DNA of 39,425 bases, taken from a virus. Taxonomy: Duplodnaviria; Caudoviricetes. The notes beneath the pieces are model-generated. The model did not search any database. It saw nothing but the letters and a program-made list of their open reading frames with translations, and was not told where the DNA came from. The stretch is from positions 1-39,425 of the IMG/VR virus record IMGVR_UViG_3300016665_000074. One strand, written 5' to 3'. Positions 33,606-39,425 of this stretch are shown piece after piece. Both the position numbers and the translations under genes were made by a program. Numbering within the stretch: the first letter of the stretch is position 1; each line of letters starts with the position of its first letter.

Positions 33606-33878
33606 ATGACTGAATGGCTATTCAAACCCCCAACCGTTTTGGAGGGTCCTATAGGTGAACACCGTCTATTTTACTTTTACAAAATGGACAGAGGTATCAC
33701 TATTGTGCAGAAACTATCAGGTGGTTATGCGCAGATTCGTTACCCAATGGACGGTGACTTAGATTCATATCCTGTTGTATATCGCGGAGGATACGAGTAT
33801 ACGGTAGATGACGCTACCCGCGAAGCGCTAATTAACGGAAACGTAGGAGTTACGACGGAGAACTTTACTGAACTATGA
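33606..33878 (+). CDS. Hypothetical virion protein
   Basis: AGGAGG RBS before ATG 33606. Confidence 0.75.
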   Translation: MTEWLFKPPTVLEGPIGEHRLFYFYKMDRGITIVQKLSGGYAQIRYPMDGDLDSYPVVYRGGYEYTVDDATREALINGNVGVTTENFTEL

Positions 33879-34186
33879 AACATTGGGAATATCACCCTGA
33901 GCCAGTGGACGGATGCTTTGGGTGTAAGGGACTATCCATCCAAATGAATACAGGTGATGCTAATAGTAAGAAAGTTATTACTAATAAGCAGCACACAAAA
34001 GAATTGAATGCTTACAAGGAAGCTAGAGAACAAGGCATTCAACCCTCTGGCACTTCTCTTCAGAAAGTTCAAGAGGCCATTAAAGCTAGTGAGACATTAG
34101 GCAAAGCGTATGACGCAGGCAAGATGCCACCAGCTAAAGCAATCAATAAACAAACAGCAGCGGTAATGAAAGAAATAGGAGCATAG
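33875..34186 (+). CDS. Hypothetical protein (HP..GCFGCK)
   Basis: ATGA coupling. Confidence 0.75.
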   Translation: MKHWEYHPEPVDGCFGCKGLSIQMNTGDANSKKVITNKQHTKELNAYKEAREQGIQPSGTSLQKVQEAIKASETLGKAYDAGKMPPAKAINKQTAAVMKEIGA

Positions 34187-34188
34187 CT

Positions 34189-34344
34189 ATGTCAATGAAG
34201 GGCGAGAAGTACAAGTCAAAGAAAGCAATGATGCGCCACGAAAAGATGGAAGGCCCTAAAGAGCGCAAGATGGAATATGGCAAGAAGTCTATGAAGAAGG
34301 CTGGAGCCAAGAAAGCTATGAAGAAGATGGGCAAGAAGAAATAA
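34189..34344 (+). CDS. Lys/Met-rich 51-aa basic protein (absent from ORF track)
   Basis: MSMKGEKYKSKKAMMRHEK...KKMGKKK; AGGAG RBS. Confidence 0.75.
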   Translation: MSMKGEKYKSKKAMMRHEKMEGPKERKMEYGKKSMKKAGAKKAMKKMGKKK

Positions 34345-34505
34345 TGTCTGCCAACAAGAAAAAGAAACCTGAGGAGACAAAACCTAAAGCAGGTAAAACT
34401 CGCATTGGTTCAGTCTCTGATAGCAGGTCTCCATTCGTAGCTCAAGGTAATCAAGGCGAGACATTCGATAAGATTATGAAGCAGAAATATCCTTGGTGGA
34501 AATAA
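34344..34505 (+). CDS. 53-aa basic protein (absent from ORF track)
   Basis: MSANKKKKPEE...KYPWWK; TAATG at both ends. Confidence 0.7.
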   Translation: MSANKKKKPEETKPKAGKTRIGSVSDSRSPFVAQGNQGETFDKIMKQKYPWWK

Positions 34506-34684
34506 TGAAAAAAGCAGCAGCCAAGAAAAAAGTAGCCAAGGTAATGCGCGAGTTTAAGGCTGGCAAATTACATTCAGGCAAAGACCCAAAGGGTCCAAAA
34601 AAGGCACCAGTAGTTAAGAATCGTAAGCAGGCAATCGCTATTGCTTTGTCTTCAGCTGGTATGTCAAAGAAGAAAAAGAAGTAA
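34505..34684 (+). CDS. Lys-rich basic protein (KVMREFKAGKLHSG family)
   Basis: KVAKVMREFKAGKLHSG..KQAIAIALS. Confidence 0.75.
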   Translation: MKKAAAKKKVAKVMREFKAGKLHSGKDPKGPKKAPVVKNRKQAIAIALSSAGMSKKKKK

Positions 34685-34830
34685 TGTCTTCAGGAAAGCA
34701 TAAGCCGCACCGCAAGTTCAATCCTATTCAAATTAAAGATGGCTATGTAGTGCGGCTTAGAAAAGATGGCAGAGTCAAGGCAGTACTAGGAAAGTATGGG
34801 GAATATGGAAAAGAGAGACCCAAGGCTTAA
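34684..34830 (+). CDS. 48-aa basic protein (absent from ORF track)
   Basis: MSSGKHKPHRKFNPIQIKDGYVVRLRKDGRVKAVLG...; TAATG coupling. Confidence 0.7.
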   Translation: MSSGKHKPHRKFNPIQIKDGYVVRLRKDGRVKAVLGKYGEYGKERPKA

Positions 34831-35068
34831 GAGAGCTGGCGTATCTGGTTTCAATAAACCAAAGCGCACACCTAACCACCCGACTAAGTCACACGTTGTT
34901 GTGGCTAAAGAGGGAAGCCAAGTAAAGACAATTCGCTTTGGTCAGCAAGGTGTGACTGGGGATAAGAAGCCTACAGCTAGACAAAAATCATTTAAGGCTC
35001 GTCACAAAAAGAATATTGCTAAAGGCAAGATGAGTGCAGCCTACTGGGCAGATAAGGTGAAATGGTGA
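34805..35068 (+). CDS. Basic protein (KTIRFGQQG..SFKARH..YWADKVKW family)
   Basis: Recognisable phage basic-protein motif; GGGGA RBS. Confidence 0.75.
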   Translation: MEKRDPRLKRAGVSGFNKPKRTPNHPTKSHVVVAKEGSQVKTIRFGQQGVTGDKKPTARQKSFKARHKKNIAKGKMSAAYWADKVKW

Positions 35069-35226
35069 AGAAGAAAGCATTCTGGGATAAGAAAAACCCA
35101 AAGAAGACTTCAAAGAAATTAACTCCTGCTCAGAAGACAGCAGCTAAGAAGCGAGCTAAAGCAGCAGGACGTCCTTATCCAAATCTTGTAGATAACGCAG
35201 CAGTAGCCAAGAAGAAAGGCAAGTAA
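35062..35226 (+). CDS. 54-aa Lys-rich protein (absent from ORF track)
   Basis: KKAFWDKKNP..LTPAQK..AKAAGRPYPNLVDN. Confidence 0.75.
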   Translation: MVKKKAFWDKKNPKKTSKKLTPAQKTAAKKRAKAAGRPYPNLVDNAAVAKKKGK

Positions 35227-35501
35227 TGGCAACGGGCACAGCAGGTAGTTCTTTTACTAGCGAACTAAATCGCTTAGCAAATGGTGGGACATATCCAGCA
35301 ATCGCAGATTACGTAGCACCTGTTGAAGCTGCCAACGTTTATGCTGGCACTACAGGACTAGCTTTGCTTGGTGCCTTAAACCTTAAAGCAGACCCTACTC
35401 GTCAGCCTGATGACTATAAAGCCCTTGGCGGAATCTGCAATGAATTAGCAGGAACAACAGACCTTTCACCGACTGACGCCTTAAGGAGTATTAACCTGTG
35501 A
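35226..35501 (+). CDS. Hypothetical virion protein
   Basis: Coupled at both ends in the late operon. Confidence 0.7.
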   Translation: MATGTAGSSFTSELNRLANGGTYPAIADYVAPVEAANVYAGTTGLALLGALNLKADPTRQPDDYKALGGICNELAGTTDLSPTDALRSINL

Positions 35502-36418
35502 CAACAACCCTTAATGAAATGATTGATGAGGTTTTAATTAACCTCTCAGGTTATACCTATCAGCAAGACCGTTCAACTTACCTAACCTCTGCTGTTACAA
35601 CTCTTACCTCACCTAGTACAGCTCCTTTGATTCTAAGCCTAGGCTCAACCGACAACGTCGGTAAGGGAATCATTGAGATTGACGAAGAGTTAATGTGGGT
35701 AGACTCATTTGACCGTGTAGGTAACACAGCCACTATCGCTCCTTATGGTCGCGGATATTTAGGCACTACAGCTACTACACACTCAGTTGATACAAAGGTA
35801 ACTATCTCACCTATCTTCCCTCGCTACGTGGTTAAGAAGGCTATCAACGACACAATCCAGGCAGTTGGAACCCAGCTCCTAGCTGTCAAGCAGACCTCAT
35901 TTACTTACAACGCTGCTATCACAACCTATGAATTTCAAGACTTAAACATTGAAAATATCTTGACTATGTACTGGCAGGATATTGGCCCTAGCCAAGAGTG
36001 GATTCGTATCCGTCGTTGGGACTTTGACCCACTAGCCGATACCGCTACCTGGGGCTCCAACAGTCAGACCGTAACAATCGGTGACTATGTCGTGGCAGGT
36101 CGTACTGTAAAAGTGATGTACACGACACGCCCAGGAACATTATCTAGCGGAAGTGATGTATTTACCACAGTAACAGGGTATGGTCAGTCTGTAAAAGATG
36201 TCGTCATACTAGGTGCCGTATATAGATTGCTTGCTTACTTAGACCCAGCACGTGCTTCTCAGATTAGCCCACAAGCTGATGAGATTGATGCGAAGAGAGC
36301 ATTTGGTTCTGCCAACTCTGCAGCACGTCAAATTTACGCATTGTACCAGCAGCGTCTCCGCGAAGAGATTTCTGCTCAACAAACCCAGTATCCTCCCCGA
36401 GTTCACTACAGCCGATAG
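35498..36418 (+). CDS. Head-tail adaptor / tail tubular A-like protein
   Basis: TLNEMIDEV N-terminus, AIND, VILGAVYRLL..Y C-terminal helices; lies before the fibres. Confidence 0.6.
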   Translation: MTTTLNEMIDEVLINLSGYTYQQDRSTYLTSAVTTLTSPSTAPLILSLGSTDNVGKGIIEIDEELMWVDSFDRVGNTATIAPYGRGYLGTTATTHSVDTKVTISPIFPRYVVKKAINDTIQAVGTQLLAVKQTSFTYNAAITTYEFQDLNIENILTMYWQDIGPSQEWIRIRRWDFDPLADTATWGSNSQTVTIGDYVVAGRTVKVMYTTRPGTLSSGSDVFTTVTGYGQSVKDVVILGAVYRLLAYLDPARASQISPQADEIDAKRAFGSANSAARQIYALYQQRLREEISAQQTQYPPRVHYSR

Positions 36419-36426
36419 GAACCTAA

Positions 36427-38502
36427 ATGACAACACGCAAATACTCATCTCGCTCTCAGCAAACTACGCTGACTGGAGCAATTACATCTGGGGCCACATC
36501 TATGACTGTGGTGTCGGGAACAGCACTATTGGGTGGTGTAACTATCCCAGCAGGTCAAACCTTTACCCTTGTTATCGACGTTGATACAGCTCTTGAAGAA
36601 ATCGTAGATGCTACGGCGGTATCTACTAATACATTTACAATCACTCGTGCGATAGATGGTTCAACAGCACAAGACCACTCAGCTGGTGCTGTCGTAAGAC
36701 ATATGGCTATCGGTAGAGATTACCGTGATGCCAACCTTCACGCAGAGGCTGACGCTTCTTACAACGATGGTGGTGGTAATGCTCATACAATGCACGGCAT
36801 TGGTTCTGGAGAAGGTGTCGTAGTCGGCACACTCAAGACGCAGACTCTGACCAACAAGACTCTGACTAGCCCAATCATTTCTAATCCAACCTTTACTGGT
36901 ACACCTTCAGCCGAAGCAAGCATTGTCTTTGAAGGTACAACTGCTGACGCATATGAGACAACCCTAACTGTAGTTGACCCAACACAGGACAACACAATCA
37001 CTCTACCTAACACAACAGGTACAGTAGTCATTGCTACAGCAACCCAGACCCTGACAAATAAAACTTTGACAAGCCCTGTAATATCAGGTTCACCAGTGAT
37101 TACTGGTTTGTCTTCAGCAGGTATGGTATCCAGCTCTGCTACCCCTAAGGATTATGTAGATAGCATTCTAGGCTCAGCTACAGCTGCAGCCACTTCAGCA
37201 GCATCGGCTGCTACAAGTGCTGCCTCTGCCGCTACAAGCGCCTCTAGCGCGGCTACAAGCGCTTCTAACGCCCTAACTAGCGCCAACAGTGCATCTACCT
37301 CAGCCACAGCAGCAGCTACCTCTGCAGTTTCTGCAGCGACTTCTGCGACTGCAGCAGCTACTTCAGCTACCAGCGCAGCAGCCAGTGCAACAGCAGCATC
37401 TACTTCTGCTTCTTCGGCTGCTACCTCAGCATCCTCCGCCCTAACATCTGCTAACTCAGCCAGCACATCTGCTGCCTCAGCATTGACTTCTGCTAATAGC
37501 GCAGCGACTTCGGCTTCTACTATGGCAGCCAGCGTTGCCGCTGCTGCTACCTCTGCAGCCAGTGCAGCAACTAGTGCTACCGCTGCAGCAACAAGTGCTG
37601 CTAGTGCAGCGACATCTGCATCATCTGCTTTGACCAGTGCTAACTCTGCTGCCACTTCTGCAGCAAGTGCTGCTGCTGCTGTTGCAGCTTCCTTTGATGC
37701 AAAGGGAGATTTGCTAGTAGGTACAGGACTAGATGCTTTTAGTCCATTAACAGTATCTTCAACTAACGGATATCTACTAACAGTCAATAGCGCTACTGCA
37801 ACGGGACTTGAATGGGCTGCTGCCCCTGTAAGCCTACCTAGCCAGACTGGTAATAATGGTAAGTTGTTAACTACAGATGGCACTACTGCTTCTTGGGCAG
37901 GAGCTGCCCCTGTAGCTCAGACAACTGAACCTACAACTCTTATTGATGGTTTAATATGGCTAGATACAGATGGTTCTACCGCTGATGCAGCATTTATACC
38001 TAATTCAATTGTAGATGCAAAAGCAGATTTAATAACTGCAACTGCAAATGATACTCCAGCAAAATTAGCAGTAGGAAGCAACGGACAGTTCCTACAGGCT
38101 GACTCCACAACTGCTACAGGATTGGTTTGGAGTAGTGCTGTAACTGATGCTACAACATCTACTGCAGCGCGTGGTGTTGGTTATATGGGTATCCCACAAA
38201 GCCCTGCTGCAACCACTGGTGCATACACCATAGTTGCTGCCGATGCTGGTGAACATATCTACTCAACTGCTACTCGTACAATTACAATCCCTGCCAATGC
38301 ATCTGTTGCCTTTCCAGTAGGAACTGCAATTACATTCATTGCAGCAGCAGGAGCAACTGTAACTATTGCAATCACCTCAGACACTCTGATTCTTGCTGGA
38401 CCTGGAACCACAGGCTCCCGTACACTTGCTGCTCACGGTATGGCAACCGCTGTTAAGGTTGCTTCTACTACTTGGTACATTTCAGGAAATGGATTGACTT
38501 GA
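36427..38502 (+). CDS. Tail fibre protein with long SAASAAT coiled-coil
   Basis: TQTLTNKTLT repeats, Ala/Ser/Thr heptads, two DAK(G/A)DL modules, ITIPAN.SVAFPVGT..W.ISG tip. Confidence 0.88.
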   Translation: MTTRKYSSRSQQTTLTGAITSGATSMTVVSGTALLGGVTIPAGQTFTLVIDVDTALEEIVDATAVSTNTFTITRAIDGSTAQDHSAGAVVRHMAIGRDYRDANLHAEADASYNDGGGNAHTMHGIGSGEGVVVGTLKTQTLTNKTLTSPIISNPTFTGTPSAEASIVFEGTTADAYETTLTVVDPTQDNTITLPNTTGTVVIATATQTLTNKTLTSPVISGSPVITGLSSAGMVSSSATPKDYVDSILGSATAAATSAASAATSAASAATSASSAATSASNALTSANSASTSATAAATSAVSAATSATAAATSATSAAASATAASTSASSAATSASSALTSANSASTSAASALTSANSAATSASTMAASVAAAATSAASAATSATAAATSAASAATSASSALTSANSAATSAASAAAAVAASFDAKGDLLVGTGLDAFSPLTVSSTNGYLLTVNSATATGLEWAAAPVSLPSQTGNNGKLLTTDGTTASWAGAAPVAQTTEPTTLIDGLIWLDTDGSTADAAFIPNSIVDAKADLITATANDTPAKLAVGSNGQFLQADSTTATGLVWSSAVTDATTSTAARGVGYMGIPQSPAATTGAYTIVAADAGEHIYSTATRTITIPANASVAFPVGTAITFIAAAGATVTIAITSDTLILAGPGTTGSRTLAAHGMATAVKVASTTWYISGNGLT
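37170..37692 (+). repeat. 21-nt-period coding repeat (SAxSAAT heptads)
   Basis: About 170 aa almost entirely A/S/T. Confidence 0.85.
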
Positions 38503-39044
38503 TGAGTGGAATATTAGGCGGATTAATTGCAGCATTTCCTACACCTATAACTGGCGCTTTTGAGTCTATTGCTACTGCTACTGGTACTGGGTCAAGCGGC
38601 ACAATTACTTTTAGCTCAATTCCTAGCACATATCAGCATCTGCAAATTCGCGGCAGAGTTTTACTGTCATCAGCTGGTTCTATTACTTTTACTTGGAACG
38701 GTCTAACAAGCAATTATGCACAGCATTATTTAGCAGGTGACGGGGCAACTGCATCCGCTTCAGGCTCAACTGGTCGCAGCTCACTAGATATAAACATCTT
38801 AGCGGCTGGAGAAGCTACCAACCCGTATGTAACTATCCTAGATTTCCACGACTATGCAAGCACAACAAAAACTAAAGTAGTCAGACAATTTTTAGGTTAC
38901 GATAAAAATGCGGCAGGTGGCGAGGTCGCACTTATGTCTGGTATGAATACAAGCACTAACGCCATTACTTCTATTACATTATCAAGTAATGCCAACTTTA
39001 CAACCAATACTGTTTTTGCCCTGTACGGCATAAAAGGAGCGTAA
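38502..39044 (+). CDS. Small tail-associated protein
   Basis: TGATG coupling; FESIAT..ITFSSIPSTYQHLQIR..AITSITL..ALYGIK. Confidence 0.8.
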   Translation: MSGILGGLIAAFPTPITGAFESIATATGTGSSGTITFSSIPSTYQHLQIRGRVLLSSAGSITFTWNGLTSNYAQHYLAGDGATASASGSTGRSSLDINILAAGEATNPYVTILDFHDYASTTKTKVVRQFLGYDKNAAGGEVALMSGMNTSTNAITSITLSSNANFTTNTVFALYGIKGA

Positions 39045-39045
39045 C

Positions 39046-39425
39046 GTGCCAGCGACATACGAACCGATAGCGACTACTACGCTTACTGGTACGGCAACTA
39101 CTATAACTTTTTCGTCTATAAGTTCAAGCTATACGGATTTACGATTAGTAGCTTCAATGTTGTGTACGGCCAGCACTTCTCTAGCTGTAAGATTGAACAA
39201 CGATAGTGGTACTAATTACAGTTCTACTTTTTTATGGGGTAACGGTAGTAGTGCATCTAGTTTTAGAAACACCAATAGCTCTTATTTAACTGGTAATTAC
39301 GCGGTGGGCACAACGCCGTTATTATGGACTTACGATTTATTTTCTTATACAGGTTCAACAAATAAAACTATTTTGCAAGTTCACTCCAACGACAACAACG
39401 GAAGCGGTGAAGTAGCTCGCGTTGT
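39046..39425 (+). CDS. Small tail-associated protein, paralogue, truncated (absent from ORF track)
   Basis: AGGAG RBS, GTG; MPATYEPIATTTL..ITFSSISSSYTDLRLV; open to the window end. Confidence 0.8.
   Translation, partial: MPATYEPIATTTLTGTATTITFSSISSSYTDLRLVASMLCTASTSLAVRLNNDSGTNYSSTFLWGNGSSASSFRNTNSSYLTGNYAVGTTPLLWTYDLFSYTGSTNKTILQVHSNDNNGSGEVARV

Noticed and set aside
33540-33610. Frameshift or readthrough extension of the major capsid protein
   Set aside because: In-frame TAG follows within 10 codons, the frame of the next gene has a TGA at 33549, and there is no slippery site
37152-37883. 243-aa minus-strand ORF (and similar shadows at 455-802, 30574-30927, 33037-33360)
   Set aside because: Antisense shadows of low-complexity Ala/Ser/Thr/Gly coding sequence; no RBS or operon context

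Overview
This is a nearly complete, circularly permuted genome of a small tailed dsDNA phage with podovirus-like organisation. The host is most likely an actinobacterium, judging by a WhiB gene, actinobacterial-type LexA/CRP/MarR operators and leaderless starts. The window opens and closes inside the same tail-protein paralogue cluster. Layout: tail, glycosyltransferase and lysis genes (1-6.0 kb, +); a methyltransferase (-); a replication/middle operon with split Cas4-like nuclease, helicase, resolvase, split primase and an ECF-like sigma factor (6.9-12.4 kb, +); an early operon of many small genes (12.4-17.5 kb, -); a 0.75-kb control region; and a late operon running terminase, portal, Ntn protease, ejection proteins, scaffold, capsid, basic mini-proteins and tail (18.3-39.4 kb, +). 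I recognise no DNA polymerase, RNA polymerase, integrase, tRNA or CRISPR array. The most striking content is non-coding: (i) a complete type II hammerhead ribozyme in the early mRNA; (ii) a back-to-back stack of four different host-type operators (CRP, LexA, MerR-like, RosR/MarR-like) above the first early promoter; (iii) a conserved CTTAAGACAGGAGAA start element on early genes, with its complement CUCCUGUC displayed in a hairpin loop of the middle-operon leader; and (iv) two distant hairpins with perfectly complementary loops (CGGGGA/UCCCCG). Together these suggest an RNA-based early-middle-late switching circuit, which is a hypothesis. Protein calls come from motif recognition and synteny, not database searches.
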